In this document: in pieces, positions 21,766 through 32,125 of the stretch
Numbering within the stretch: the stretch's first letter is position 1
How the letters are laid out: every line of letters starts with the position of its first letter
NCBI GenBank assembly: GCA_965221125.1
Contig: CBDCRW010000005.1
Span: 384,001-448,000 of the forward strand
From: Alphaproteobacteria bacterium
GTDB taxonomy: Bacteria; Pseudomonadota; Alphaproteobacteria; UBA828
Length of the DNA stretch: 64,000 bases
Reading direction: 5' to 3'
Notes under the pieces: generated by a model
The model's input: only the letters and a program-made list of their open reading frames with translations
Databases searched by the model: none
What the model was told of the DNA's origin: nothing
Program-made: the position numbers and the translations under genes

Positions 21766-22477
21766 CGCGCGCGTACGCTCGCGCACCGGGCGGAGAGCGG
21801 ATGGCGTGAGCCGTAGTCCGAGACCGAAAGACGCGGCCACGCTGGTGCTGGTGCGGGGCGGCGCGAATGGGCCGGAGGTCCTGATGGGCCGCCGCCCCCG
21901 CCGCCAGGTCTTCATGCCGGATCAATACGTGTTCCCCGGCGGCGGCGTCGAGCCCTGCGATCGCTGGGTGCGCCCGGCGACGGAGCTTCGGCCCGGCGTG
22001 GCAGCCAGGCTTGCGCGCGCATGCACGCCGGGGCGCGCCCGCTCGCTGGCGGCCGCGGCGGTGCGCGAGACCTTCGAGGAGACGGGCCTTGCGCTCGGCC
22101 TGAAAGCGTCGGACGTGAACGGGCGGCTGCGGCCCGAATGGCAGGCCTTCCACGCGACCGGCCTCGCGCCCGCGCTCGACAGGCTCGACTACATCTACCG
22201 CGCGGTCACGCCGCCGGGGCTGCCGCGGCGCTTCAACGCGCGCTTCTTCCTCGCCCGCGCTGACGACGCGTCGGGAACGCTTGCCGGCAACGGCGAGCTG
22301 CTCGATCTCGGCTGGTTCCCTGTGGCGCAGGCGATGGACCTGCCGATCCCCTACATCACCGCCGTCGTGCTGGAAGAGCTCGAGCACATGTACGCCTCAC
22401 CCCCCGATCCCGACGCCGACCGCCCCGTGCCGGTCTGCATCCGCGTCGGCCGCGACCACATCCACAGCCAAGAGTAG
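21758..22477 (+). CDS. NUDIX hydrolase
   Basis: PKDAATLVL, VFPGGGVE...AAVRETFEETG, TPPG.PRRFNARFF. Confidence 0.88.
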   Translation: MTDARVRSRTGRRADGVSRSPRPKDAATLVLVRGGANGPEVLMGRRPRRQVFMPDQYVFPGGGVEPCDRWVRPATELRPGVAARLARACTPGRARSLAAAAVRETFEETGLALGLKASDVNGRLRPEWQAFHATGLAPALDRLDYIYRAVTPPGLPRRFNARFFLARADDASGTLAGNGELLDLGWFPVAQAMDLPIPYITAVVLEELEHMYASPPDPDADRPVPVCIRVGRDHIHSQE

Positions 22478-22606
22478 AGCGGGTCCGTCTCCGACGGAGC
22501 CGCGACAGGCCGCGACCGCGGCCCGCCGCGAATGCGGCGCCCTCGCGGAGGCGCTGGCCGTAGGCCAGCTGCCGTGAGCGACAAAGAGTCGAAGCGTTTC
22601 CTGCGG
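22475..22606 (+). repeat. Repeat family A (about 130 bp, right end decayed)
   Basis: Starts at the NUDIX stop TAG; contains GGCCCGCCGCGAATGCGGCGC, GCTGGCC-GTA-GGCCAGC and GCCGTGAGCGACAAAGA. Confidence 0.85.
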
Positions 22607-22634
22607 AAAAAAAGGAGACACCTCTGCAGGGCGC

Positions 22635-23648
22635 CTACTCCGCCGAGACCCTGACCAGCAGCTTGCCGAAGTTGCGCCCGTCGAACAGGCGCTGGAAGGC
22701 CGCCGGCGCGTTCTCGAGCCCGTCCACGATGTCCTCCCTGTAGGCGAGCCGGCCCTCGCCAAGCCAGCGGGCGAGGCGCTTGCGCGCATGCTCGTAGTGC
22801 GCGCCGTAGGAGTAGATGTTGAAGCCCTTCACCTCGGTCTCGGTGAAGAGGATCGGCGCGAGGTGGCTCGCGACCCTGGGCGGCTCGGTGGCGTTGTAGT
22901 GCGCGATGCCGCCGCAGATCACCACGCGCGCACCGTGAGCGAGCAGCGGATAGATCGCATCGCCGATGGGCCCGCCCACGTTCTCGAAGTAGACGTCAAT
23001 GCCGTCCGGGCACGCCGCGGCAAGCGCGCCCGGCAGGTCGTCCCCGTGCCGGTCGATGGCCTCGTCGAAGCCAAGCTCGCCGGTGAGGTAGCGCAGCTTC
23101 TCCGTTCCGCCGGCGATGCCGACGACCCGGCAGCCGGCGATCTTCGCCACTTGGCCCACGACCGCGCCGACCGCGCCTGAGGCCGCCGAGATCACCACCG
23201 TATCGCCGGGCGCCGGCCGGCCCACCTTGACGAGGCCGAGGTAGGCGGTGAGCCCCGGCATGCCGAGCACGCCGATGGCGGTGGACAGCGGCCCCAGCGT
23301 CGGGTCCACCTTGCGCGCGCTCGCGCCCTGCGCGATGGCGTAGTCCTGCCAGCCGGCGTAGTCGTCCACGATGTCGCCCGGCGCGAAGCCCGGATGGCGG
23401 CTTTCGACCACCCGGCTCACCGCGCCGCCCACGATCACCTCGCCGAGCGCAAGCGGTGGGTAGTAGCGGAGGTCCGTGCCCATCCTGAGCCGCATGTAGG
23501 GGTCGAGCGAGAGCCAGATCGTCCGCACCAGCAGCTCGCCGTCCTGCGGCGTCGGCACCGGCCCCTCGACGAGCCGAAGATCCGTCTCCTTCGGCGGCCC
23601 GACCGGGCGCGCGGCGAGCACGATCTGGCGGTTGCTGTTGGCAATCAT
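22635..23648 (-). CDS. NADP-dependent oxidoreductase (CurA/prostaglandin reductase family)
   Basis: [35 protein letters not shown]. Confidence 0.9.
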   Translation of the reverse strand: MIANSNRQIVLAARPVGPPKETDLRLVEGPVPTPQDGELLVRTIWLSLDPYMRLRMGTDLRYYPPLALGEVIVGGAVSRVVESRHPGFAPGDIVDDYAGWQDYAIAQGASARKVDPTLGPLSTAIGVLGMPGLTAYLGLVKVGRPAPGDTVVISAASGAVGAVVGQVAKIAGCRVVGIAGGTEKLRYLTGELGFDEAIDRHGDDLPGALAAACPDGIDVYFENVGGPIGDAIYPLLAHGARVVICGGIAHYNATEPPRVASHLAPILFTETEVKGFNIYSYGAHYEHARKRLARWLGEGRLAYREDIVDGLENAPAAFQRLFDGRNFGKLLVRVSAE

Positions 23649-23775
23649 GGGCGACGCTCCCTCCTTGGCGAGAGCGTTGAGTCTATGCATGGGGCCGGTG
23701 GCGGCAAATTCGGCTGTTTTCGGCGCGTGCCCCCGACTACTCTGGTGCGGCGATGCAAAAGGGAGGCAACGCCCG

Positions 23776-24471
23776 ATGAACCTCAACCCGACGGAGCAGG
23801 AGCGGCTCACCATCTTCACCGCCGCCCAGCTTGCGCGCGAGCACAAGCGCCGCGGCATCAAGCTCAGCCACCCGGAGGCGGTCGCCTACATCTGCGACGA
23901 GCTCCTGATGTGCGCGCGCGAAGGCCGCCCGCTCAGGGACCTCATGGGCTACGGCGCGGAGATCCTGAACTCTGACGACGTGATGCCGGGCGTGCCGGAA
24001 CTCATTCCGGTGATCCACGTCGAGGCGGTGTTCCCGGACGGCGCCAAGCTCATCACCGTGCATCAGCCGATCCGCCCCGGCAAGGCGGAGACCGCGCCCG
24101 GCCCCCGCGCCGGCGAGATCATCACGCCGGACGCCGAGATCGAGCTGAACGCGGGCCGGAAGACCGGGGCGGTCAGGGTGACCAACACCGGCGACCGCCC
24201 GGTGCAGATCGGCAGCCACTTCCACTTCTTCGAGGTCAACCGGGCGCTCGATTTCGACCGGGCGTCGACTTTCGGCATGCGCCTCGACATTCCCTCCGGC
24301 ACCGCGGCCCGCTTCGAGCCGGGGCAGGAGAAGGAGGTGGCGCTGGTGGAGTTCGGCGGCAGAGGCCGCATCAGCGGCTTCAGCAACCTCACCGAGGGCA
24401 TGATCGACTCGCCCGAGGTCAAGGAACAGGCGATTGCCCGCGCGAAGGCGGGCGGCTTCCGGGGAGCGTAG
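23776..24471 (+). CDS. ureAB: Urease-like fused gamma/beta subunit
   Basis: [31 protein letters not shown] (gamma) fused to [34 protein letters not shown] (beta). Confidence 0.9.
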   Translation: MNLNPTEQERLTIFTAAQLAREHKRRGIKLSHPEAVAYICDELLMCAREGRPLRDLMGYGAEILNSDDVMPGVPELIPVIHVEAVFPDGAKLITVHQPIRPGKAETAPGPRAGEIITPDAEIELNAGRKTGAVRVTNTGDRPVQIGSHFHFFEVNRALDFDRASTFGMRLDIPSGTAARFEPGQEKEVALVEFGGRGRISGFSNLTEGMIDSPEVKEQAIARAKAGGFRGA

Positions 24472-24475
24472 GCAA

Positions 24476-26185
24476 ATGGTGAAGATCGCGCGCGAGACCT
24501 ATGCCCGCTACTACGGGCCGACCAAGGGCGACAAGATCAGGCTGGGCGACACCTCGCTGATCGGCGAGATCGAGCACGACCACACCGCTTACGGCGACGA
24601 GTGCTGGACCGGCGCGGGCCGGGTGATGCGGGACGGCATGTCCTACGACGCCCACACGTCCGCCGCCGACGGCGCCATCGACATGCTGGTGGAGAACGCG
24701 ACCGTCATCGACCCCGTGCTGGGCCTGGTGAAGGCCGACATCGGCATCAAGGACGGCAAGATCGCGGGCGTCGGCAAGGCCGGCAACCCCAACACGCAGG
24801 ACGGCGTGGATTCCAACCTCGTCTGCGGCCCCAACACCACCTACTACCCCGCCAGCGGGCTCATCGTGACGCCGGGCGGCATCGACGTGCACGTCCACTG
24901 GATGTCGGCGGACCAGTGCAACCACGCGCTGGCGAGCGGGCTCACCACCATGATCGGCGGCACCATGGGGCCGCTCTTCGCCATCGACTGCGGCGGCCCG
25001 TGGAACACCTACCGCATGCATGAGGCATCCGAGGCCTGGCCGATCAATTTCGGTTTCTTCGGCCGGGGCTCGTCGCACGACCCGGCGACCGTCGCCGAGC
25101 ACCTCGACGGCGCCATCATCGGCGTCAAGATTCACGAGGACTACGGCGCCATGCCGGCCACCATCGACGCCTGCCTGCGCGCCTCGGCCGAGCACGACTT
25201 CGCGGTGCAAATTCACACCGACACGCTGAACGAGTCCGGCTTCTACGAGGACACGATGGCGGCGATCGCGGGCCGCACCATCCACATGTACCACACGGAA
25301 GGCTCCGGCGGCGGCCACGCGCCGGACATCATCCGCTGCAACGGCGAGCCGCACTGCCTGCCGTCGTCGACCAACCCGACCAACCCCTACACGGTCAACG
25401 TCTTCGACGAGCAGCTCGACATGACCATGGCCTGCCACCTGCTGCGCTACGACCTGCCGGAGGACGTGGCCTTCGCCGAGAGCCGGGTGCGCCACGGCAC
25501 CATCGCGGCCGAGGACGTGCTGCACGACATCGGTGCGGTCTCGATGTTCGGCTCCGACAGCCAGGGCATGGGTCGAATCAACGAGGTCATCACCCGCTGC
25601 TGGCAGCTTGCCAGCAAGATGCGCGACCAGCGCGGGCGGCTGCCTGAGGAGACCACGGCCGACGCCGACAACGAGCGCATCAAGCGCTACATCGCGAAGT
25701 ACACCATCAACCCGGCGATCGCGTTCGGCATCGACCAGTACGTGGGTTCGCTGGAGCCCGGCAAGATGGCCGATCTGGTCACCTGGAAGCCCGCCTTCTT
25801 CGGCATCAAGCCCTTCGGCGTCATCAAGGGCGGCTTCGTCGCCTGGGGGCTGAGCGGCGATCCCTCGGGCAGCTACTTCCAGACCGAGCCGGTCGTCATG
25901 CGACCGCAGTTCGGCCACCACGGCCGGGCGCCGGCGACGCTGAGCGCCAACTTCGCCCACCGCCGCGCGCTCGACATCGACGTGCCGGGCCGCATCGGGC
26001 TGCGCAAGCCGATCCTGCCGATCGGGAGCTTCACCAAGCTCACGAAGAAGGACATGCTGCACAACGACGCCTGCCCAGACATCCGCGTCGATTCCCAGAC
26101 CTTCGAGGTCTTCGTCGACGGGACGCTGGCTGCGTGCGAGCCGATCGACACGATCACCCTCGGCCAGAACTACCTGCTGCGCTGA
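24476..26185 (+). CDS. ureC: Urease-like alpha subunit, divergent
   Basis: [50 protein letters not shown]: metal ligands conserved, substrate-pocket segments altered. Confidence 0.88.
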   Translation: MVKIARETYARYYGPTKGDKIRLGDTSLIGEIEHDHTAYGDECWTGAGRVMRDGMSYDAHTSAADGAIDMLVENATVIDPVLGLVKADIGIKDGKIAGVGKAGNPNTQDGVDSNLVCGPNTTYYPASGLIVTPGGIDVHVHWMSADQCNHALASGLTTMIGGTMGPLFAIDCGGPWNTYRMHEASEAWPINFGFFGRGSSHDPATVAEHLDGAIIGVKIHEDYGAMPATIDACLRASAEHDFAVQIHTDTLNESGFYEDTMAAIAGRTIHMYHTEGSGGGHAPDIIRCNGEPHCLPSSTNPTNPYTVNVFDEQLDMTMACHLLRYDLPEDVAFAESRVRHGTIAAEDVLHDIGAVSMFGSDSQGMGRINEVITRCWQLASKMRDQRGRLPEETTADADNERIKRYIAKYTINPAIAFGIDQYVGSLEPGKMADLVTWKPAFFGIKPFGVIKGGFVAWGLSGDPSGSYFQTEPVVMRPQFGHHGRAPATLSANFAHRRALDIDVPGRIGLRKPILPIGSFTKLTKKDMLHNDACPDIRVDSQTFEVFVDGTLAACEPIDTITLGQNYLLR

Positions 26186-26190
26186 GCGCC

Positions 26191-27048
26191 TTGGCCGCCA
26201 CCGCCCTGCCGGCCGCCCGGCCCAACGAGGGGCCGCAGGCCGCGCTCCGCTTCGCCCGCGCGCCCGACGGGCGGAGCTACATCGCGCGCCAGCGCGTGGG
26301 CTACCCGTTCCACATCACCCGGCCGTTTCATTTCGACGAGGCGCCGGCCGGCGCGCTCACGCTCTACCTGCAATCGGTCTCCGGCGGCATCTACCAGGGC
26401 GAAGACCTGCAGATGACCTGCCGCGCGGACGCCGGCAGCGCCGCCCACGTGACCACGCAGGCGGCGACCATCGTGCACCGCATGCCCGCCGCGCCGGCAC
26501 GGCAGACGGTGGCGCTGGAGGCGGCGGACGGCGCGCTGCTCGAATACCTGCCGGACCCGCTGATCATGTTTCCGGGCGCCCGGCTTACTTCCGTGCTGGA
26601 GATCGAGGCGTCGGCGGACGCCACCGTCATCGCGTCCGAGAGCTTCGCCCACCACGACCCCGGCGGCGAGGACCGCCGCTTCGAGAGTTTCGAGGCCGAG
26701 TTGCGAATCCGCGATGAGGGAGGACGCCTGCTCGCGCTGGAGCGCTATGCCCTCGCCGGCGACCGCCTGACCGAGGGCGCAGGCCAGATCGCGCGCTGGC
26801 CCGCGCAGGGCAGTTTCGTCGTCGCCCACCGTGGCCCTGCCCGCGAGGGCATCCTGGCCGCTCTCCGCGCGGCCCTTGCGCCGACGGACGATTTCTACGG
26901 CGGCGCCTCGGCGCTTGCCAATGAGGCCGGCGTTGGCGTGCGCCTGCTTGCGCGGGATGGTGCGCGGCTGCGCAGCGGGCTGGAGGCCGCGTGGCGCGCG
27001 GTCCGCCTCGCCCTCTACGGCGCCCCCCCGGCTCCCCGCCGCAAGTGA
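26191..27048 (+). CDS. ureD: Urease accessory protein UreD/UreH
   Basis: SGGIYQGEDL, HVTTQAAT, LEYLPDPLI.FPGA; directly follows ureC. Confidence 0.85.
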   Translation: MAATALPAARPNEGPQAALRFARAPDGRSYIARQRVGYPFHITRPFHFDEAPAGALTLYLQSVSGGIYQGEDLQMTCRADAGSAAHVTTQAATIVHRMPAAPARQTVALEAADGALLEYLPDPLIMFPGARLTSVLEIEASADATVIASESFAHHDPGGEDRRFESFEAELRIRDEGGRLLALERYALAGDRLTEGAGQIARWPAQGSFVVAHRGPAREGILAALRAALAPTDDFYGGASALANEAGVGVRLLARDGARLRSGLEAAWRAVRLALYGAPPAPRRK

Positions 27049-27071
27049 CCCTCGAAGACCCCGGTACGGTC

Positions 27072-27503
27072 TCAAGCTCCTTCCCGAGGCGCGCCCCGGC
27101 TTGAATTGCGTTCGATGAGGTCCCACCGGTTGCCGTATTTGTCCGCAAATACGGCTACGATGCCGTATTGTTCGTTTCGCGGTTCCTCCTGGAACTCGAC
27201 ACCCCGGCTCATGTAGGTCCGATAGTCGCGCCAGAAATCATCCGTCGTCAGAAACAGGAATACGCGTCCACCCGACTGGTTACCGATCGCAGCGACCTGG
27301 CGTTCGCCATCCGCCTTGGCCAGCAGAAGACATGTGCCGAACCCCGGCGAAACCACGATCCATCGTTTCTCGTCTGAAAGCCTCGTGTCCTCAACGAGCG
27401 TGAAGCCGAGTGTCCCTACGAAATAGTCGATCGCCTCGTCATAGTCCGGGACCAGAATCGTGACGGCTCCAACGGACCTCTGAGGGCTTTCAGATTCCTT
27501 CAT
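27072..27503 (-). CDS. VOC/glyoxalase family protein
   Basis: DYDEAIDYFV..LGF.LVED, GNQSGGRVFLFL.TDDFWRDY, YGIVAVFADKYGNRWDL; visibly lower GC than its neighbours. Confidence 0.88.
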   Translation of the reverse strand: MKESESPQRSVGAVTILVPDYDEAIDYFVGTLGFTLVEDTRLSDEKRWIVVSPGFGTCLLLAKADGERQVAAIGNQSGGRVFLFLTTDDFWRDYRTYMSRGVEFQEEPRNEQYGIVAVFADKYGNRWDLIERNSSRGAPREGA

Positions 27504-27585
27504 CTCCCCTTTTTCCGATCGTTGCAGGGAGGAAGCCGCAGCTCAGGCGGCGAGGGCGCCGGTCCCGGCGTGCCGGCGGTGCTCG

Positions 27586-28680
27586 TCACGCGCCGGACCC
27601 TCCCTCGGCGGCGACCGGCACGGGCCTGCCCAGCCGGGCGGACTCCTGCGCGGCGAGCGCGAAGCGCAGAACCTGCCGGCCCTCGCGCGCGGTGAGCACG
27701 GGCCGCCCGCCCTGCGTGAGAACCTCCAGGAAGTGGCGCGTGGAAAGCACGAAGCTCTGCTCCCAGCCGGTCTCCACGTCGCGGATCTCGGTCAGCGCGC
27801 CGTCGCGGTAGAGCGCGAGCGGCGCCGCGTCGCCGAGCCGCCCGTGGCCGCCGTTCATCCAGATCACGCCCTTGCTGCCGGTGATCTCCACCCGGTCGTC
27901 CTGGGCATAGTGCCGGGTCGCGATCTCCAGCTCCGGCGAGTGGACGATCTCCAGGTTGCCGATGCGGTTGCCGGGAAAGCGGAACGAGACCATCGAGGGC
28001 GCATCCAGCCGCTCCCGGTGGTCCGCCGTCTCGGTCTGCCCGATGAAGGCGTGGACCTCCTCCGGCTCGCCCATGAAGTGCCAGGCGAGGGCGAACTTGT
28101 GGTGGCCGTCGTCGAACACCAGCGGCCCGCCGCCGGACTGCTCGGGCCGCTGCCGCCAGGCGATGGCGCTCTCCGGCACGTCCCAGGCGGTGGCACTCCG
28201 CCCCGGGTTGCTCTTGATGCGGATGGAGAGCGGCGTGCCGATGGCGCCGTCTGCGATCAGCGCCCGCGCCCGGAGGACGGGCGGATAGAACACGAAGTTC
28301 TCGAACACCTTGAACGGGCGCCCCGAGGCGTCCGCAGCGTCGACCAGGTGGTCGGCCTCCGCGAGCGAGATGCACATCGGCTTCTGCAGCGAGACGATCT
28401 TGCCGGCGGCGACCGCCTTCAGCGCCGCGTCGAGGTGCAGGTGGTGCGGGAGCAGGATCTCGACGAGGTCCACGTCCGGGCGGACGAGCAGGGCGTCGAT
28501 GTCGCCGCAGATGGCGACGTCGTCGAGGCCCCAGGCCGCCGCGCGCGCCTCTGCGCGCGCCGTGTCGACGTCGCAGAGCGCCACGATCCGCGCCAGCGGG
28601 CTGGCCAGGTACTCGATGGCGTGCAGGTCGGAGATGCGACCCGTGCCCACGATGCCGACGCCGATGGGACCGCTCTGCAT
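27586..28680 (-). CDS. Gfo/Idh/MocA family oxidoreductase
   Basis: GIVGTGRIS, PHHLH, LQKPM, GGGPLVFDDGHH. Confidence 0.88.
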   Translation of the reverse strand: MQSGPIGVGIVGTGRISDLHAIEYLASPLARIVALCDVDTARAEARAAAWGLDDVAICGDIDALLVRPDVDLVEILLPHHLHLDAALKAVAAGKIVSLQKPMCISLAEADHLVDAADASGRPFKVFENFVFYPPVLRARALIADGAIGTPLSIRIKSNPGRSATAWDVPESAIAWRQRPEQSGGGPLVFDDGHHKFALAWHFMGEPEEVHAFIGQTETADHRERLDAPSMVSFRFPGNRIGNLEIVHSPELEIATRHYAQDDRVEITGSKGVIWMNGGHGRLGDAAPLALYRDGALTEIRDVETGWEQSFVLSTRHFLEVLTQGGRPVLTAREGRQVLRFALAAQESARLGRPVPVAAEGGSGA

Positions 28681-28840
28681 GTCTCGTCAGCTCCTGTCGC
28701 GGCAGCGGGTGGATACACCGGCCACGCGGCGCCCGCCCGTGACGGCGTTGCGCTGCGAACCTAGGCGGAGTCCGCGCCGCCGTGCAACACGTGCGGGCGT
28801 CCAGGTAGAGGGCCGCGAGCAATCTTGGGTTGAAGGTGCG

Positions 28841-29689
28841 TCAAGCCCCTTCTGCGAGTTCGATCTCGATACGGCAATGGTCGCTTGGTCCCCATTCCTC
28901 GGGCGCGTTCAGAGCACGCACTTTGAGCAAGCCGGCTAGCTCGGTGGAGGCGAAGACGTAGTCCAACTGGCGCTTCGCCGTTTTTGGCGATTGCTGGTTG
29001 GAATGAAAGGTTGGGACATTCTTGCTGTCCCTCGGAAGTTCGTCCGGCCAGGGATCGGCCTGCCTGCCGTTCGGAAATTCCGGCCCGACGCAGGGCAACC
29101 CCATGACCTCCATCCGGTCGAACACGGTCTTGTAGCGGGCGCCCCAGTACTCGCTGCCGTACTCACCGTAGCCTCGCAGGATGTTCAGATCGCCGGCCGC
29201 CAGAATGCGGTGACCATCTTCTTTCGCGATGAACGCGGACAAGTCGGAAACGACGTGGTGAGCGGAGCCGTCCGAGAAAAGGAAGTTGCTTCCTGCTCGG
29301 GTATGTGTGCGCACCCACTGCGCATACATCGAAACGACTATCAGGGAGTTGCCCGAGGGGAGCTTGACCGCTGCAGCGGCAAGCGTGCCGGGCCAACTGG
29401 CCACCAAGTCCCTGGGCTCTGACTTGTCGATCGACCTCGCTTCGATCCAATCGATTTCAATGCGGTTCGAGAGTTTGACAATTGCCGTTCTGAACTTGGA
29501 AACGCCGCCTATGAATTTGGTCTCCCACGGCGCCGAATCGACCTCAATTGCGGGGTTCTTTCGAATTCGTTCTGCGACATCGGGCGGGGGCTTGCCGGCC
29601 TCCTGAAGCAGCGCCAGGTCGACATCCATGTCGAGCAGGCGACGCCACGGTTCGTACCTGTGAGCCATGTTCCAGGAGATGATGTTCAT
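28841..29689 (-). CDS. Endonuclease/exonuclease/phosphatase (EEP) family protein
   Basis: IISWN, LALLQE, AGDLN, QLDYVF, GPSDH motifs; RBS GAGGTG before ATG 29689; lower GC. Confidence 0.82.
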   Translation of the reverse strand: MNIISWNMAHRYEPWRRLLDMDVDLALLQEAGKPPPDVAERIRKNPAIEVDSAPWETKFIGGVSKFRTAIVKLSNRIEIDWIEARSIDKSEPRDLVASWPGTLAAAAVKLPSGNSLIVVSMYAQWVRTHTRAGSNFLFSDGSAHHVVSDLSAFIAKEDGHRILAAGDLNILRGYGEYGSEYWGARYKTVFDRMEVMGLPCVGPEFPNGRQADPWPDELPRDSKNVPTFHSNQQSPKTAKRQLDYVFASTELAGLLKVRALNAPEEWGPSDHCRIEIELAEGA

Positions 29690-29894
29690 CGCACCTCGCA
29701 CCTTGGGGGCATCCCTAGCTCCTCTGTCGGCATCTATTCGTCTCTACAGTGGTGTTCTGTCATATCGGTATGTTCGCATGGAATACTTTGACGATTTCGC
29801 CGTGTATTCGTTGACACCCAGAGGAGCGATGCGGTTCACTGCCGGATTGCCCAACCATGATGCTGGCATGTCAACCGCACGGGGGGAAAAATCC

Positions 29895-31166
29895 ATGATC
29901 ACTCTCAACAGGCGCGGGCTGCTGGCCGCCGTGGCGGTCGTGCCGGCCCTGGCGCTCGGCGCCCCCGCCTTCGCGCAAGGCGGCGACGTCACGCTCACGC
30001 ACTACTTCACCGGCGAGTTCGGGCTCAAGATCTTCAACGAGCAGGTCGCGAAGTTCGAAGCCGCCACCGACTACACCATCAAGAACAGCCCCATCGGTCA
30101 CGAGGACTTCAAGACCGACATCCTGGTGCGCGCGGCCGGCGACAGCCTGCCCGACGTCTTCAGCTACTGGGCCGGGGCGCGGACGCAGTTCGTCGTCGAT
30201 GCCGGAGCTCTCCATCCCATCGACGACATGTGGGCGCGGGACGGCCTCGACAATGTCGTCGCGAAGTCCGTGGCCGACAGCGCCACCATGTACAACGGCC
30301 AGCGCTACCTGGTGCCGTTCAACTACCACTACGCGGGCATGTTCTATAACACCCAGGTGATGGCGGACGCGGGCGTCACCGAGATGCCGACGACCTGGGA
30401 CGGCTTCATGGCGCTCTGCGAGACGCTGAAGGGCAAGGGCGTGACACCCATCGCGCTCGGCTCGAAGAACCGCTGGCCCGCCCAGTTCTGGTTCGACTAC
30501 CTGCTGCTCGGCACCGCCGGCCCCGACTACCGCGCGGGCCTGATGAACGGCTCCGCGGCTTACGACGACGCCGAGGTCAAGGCCGCCATGGCGATGTGGA
30601 AGGACTTGGCGGACAAGGGCTACTTCGCGCCCAACGCCAACGCCGATTCATGGACGGATGCGTCCGACAAGGTGGCGCGCGGCGATGCGGCCATGACCCT
30701 CATGGGCACCTGGATCACCGGCTACTGGAACGGGCTGGGGCTCGAGCCCGGCAAGGACTACGACTTCTTCCCGTTCCCGGCGATCGCCGACGGCGTGCCC
30801 GTGTCGGTGGTGGGCCCGGTGGACGGCCTGGTCATCTCCAACGACGGAGAGAACCGCGCGGGCGCCGAGGCGTTCCTCAGCTTCATGATGTCGAACGCCG
30901 ACGTGCAGGCGAGCTGGACCGGCGCCTACGGGGCCTTGTCGGCCAACGTCAACGTGGACCCCGCGAACTTCAACGTGGTCATGCAGCGGGTCTCCGGCGT
31001 CGTAGGCGGAGCCGACAACTTCGCGTTCAACTACGACCTCGCGACGCCGCCGCCGGTGGCCGAGGTCGGGCTCTCCATGTTCTCGCGCTTCATGGACGAC
31101 CCGAGCCAGGTGGACGACATCCTGGCGCAGGCGGCCGCGGACGCAGCACAGGCGTTCACGGAATAA
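29895..31166 (+). CDS. Carbohydrate ABC substrate-binding protein, with Tat-like signal
   Basis: LNRRGLL signal; PDVFSYWAG, PTTWDGF, GVTPIALG, AAMTLMGTW. Confidence 0.9.
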   Translation: MITLNRRGLLAAVAVVPALALGAPAFAQGGDVTLTHYFTGEFGLKIFNEQVAKFEAATDYTIKNSPIGHEDFKTDILVRAAGDSLPDVFSYWAGARTQFVVDAGALHPIDDMWARDGLDNVVAKSVADSATMYNGQRYLVPFNYHYAGMFYNTQVMADAGVTEMPTTWDGFMALCETLKGKGVTPIALGSKNRWPAQFWFDYLLLGTAGPDYRAGLMNGSAAYDDAEVKAAMAMWKDLADKGYFAPNANADSWTDASDKVARGDAAMTLMGTWITGYWNGLGLEPGKDYDFFPFPAIADGVPVSVVGPVDGLVISNDGENRAGAEAFLSFMMSNADVQASWTGAYGALSANVNVDPANFNVVMQRVSGVVGGADNFAFNYDLATPPPVAEVGLSMFSRFMDDPSQVDDILAQAAADAAQAFTE

Positions 31167-31183
31167 GCGCAGTCTCGTGCAGG

Positions 31184-31216
31184 CGGGCCGCCGGGCGGTA
31201 TCTCCCCGGCGGCCCG
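31184..31216. other. Intercistronic stem-loop after the SBP gene
   Basis: CGGGCCGCCGGG / CCCGGCGGCCCG perfect 12-bp stem. Confidence 0.6.
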
Positions 31217-31243
31217 TTCACTTGCCGGCATGAGCAGTGACCG

Positions 31244-32125
31244 ATGGAACGGGAGAACCGTTTCTGGCGGGTGATCCTGTTGGCGCTGCCGCTTGCGGTG
31301 TTCGCGGCCTTCGTTGTCTGGCCGCTGGCGAGCTCCTTCTACTACAGCTTCACCAACTGGAACGGCTTCAATCCCGACTACGACTACGTCGGCTTCGCTA
31401 ACTTCCTCAAGATCCACACCGACAAGCTGTTCCTCAACGCCGCGATCAACACGGCGTTCTGGATCGTGGCCGCGATCGTCGTGCCGACCGCGCTGGGGTT
31501 AGGCCTTGCGCTCCTGATCGACAGCCGCATCCCCGGCGGCTCGGTGTTCAAGTCGATCTTCTACCTGCCGATCTGCCTCTCGGCCGTGGTGGTGGGGCAG
31601 ATCTGGGTCTGGATCTACCAGCCGGACTGGGGGCTGCTGAACACCGTGGTCGAAGCGGTGAGCGGCGAGAACTTCAACTACGCGTGGCTCGCGAAGCCGG
31701 ATAGCGCGCTCTGGTCGGTGATCCTCGCCTGGTCGTGGCAGCAGACCGGGCTCTCGATGGTGATCTTCCTGGCAGGCCTCACCACCATCCCCGAGGAGCT
31801 TCTGGAGGTCTGCGAGATCGAGGGCGCGAAGGCCTTCCAGCGCATCCGCCTCGTGGTCATCCCCCTGCTCACGCCGGCCACGGTGGTGGTGATCGCGCTC
31901 AACGTCATCAACTCGCTCAAGGGCTTCGACATCCTCTACACCATGACCGGCGGCGGGCCGTTCAACAGCTCCGACACGCTGGCCATGCACATGTACAACG
32001 AGTCCTTCAAGAAGTACCTCATGGGCTACGGCAGCGCGATCTCGGTGGTCCTGTTCCTGATCGCGCTCACCATCATCCGCCTCTACTTCCGCCAGCTGCG
32101 CAAGGTGGACGAGCTCCATGGCTGA
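31244..32125 (+). CDS. Carbohydrate ABC permease (MalF-like)
   Basis: SFTNWNG, WQQTG, MTGGGP, GYGSA. Confidence 0.92.
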   Translation: MERENRFWRVILLALPLAVFAAFVVWPLASSFYYSFTNWNGFNPDYDYVGFANFLKIHTDKLFLNAAINTAFWIVAAIVVPTALGLGLALLIDSRIPGGSVFKSIFYLPICLSAVVVGQIWVWIYQPDWGLLNTVVEAVSGENFNYAWLAKPDSALWSVILAWSWQQTGLSMVIFLAGLTTIPEELLEVCEIEGAKAFQRIRLVVIPLLTPATVVVIALNVINSLKGFDILYTMTGGGPFNSSDTLAMHMYNESFKKYLMGYGSAISVVLFLIALTIIRLYFRQLRKVDELHG

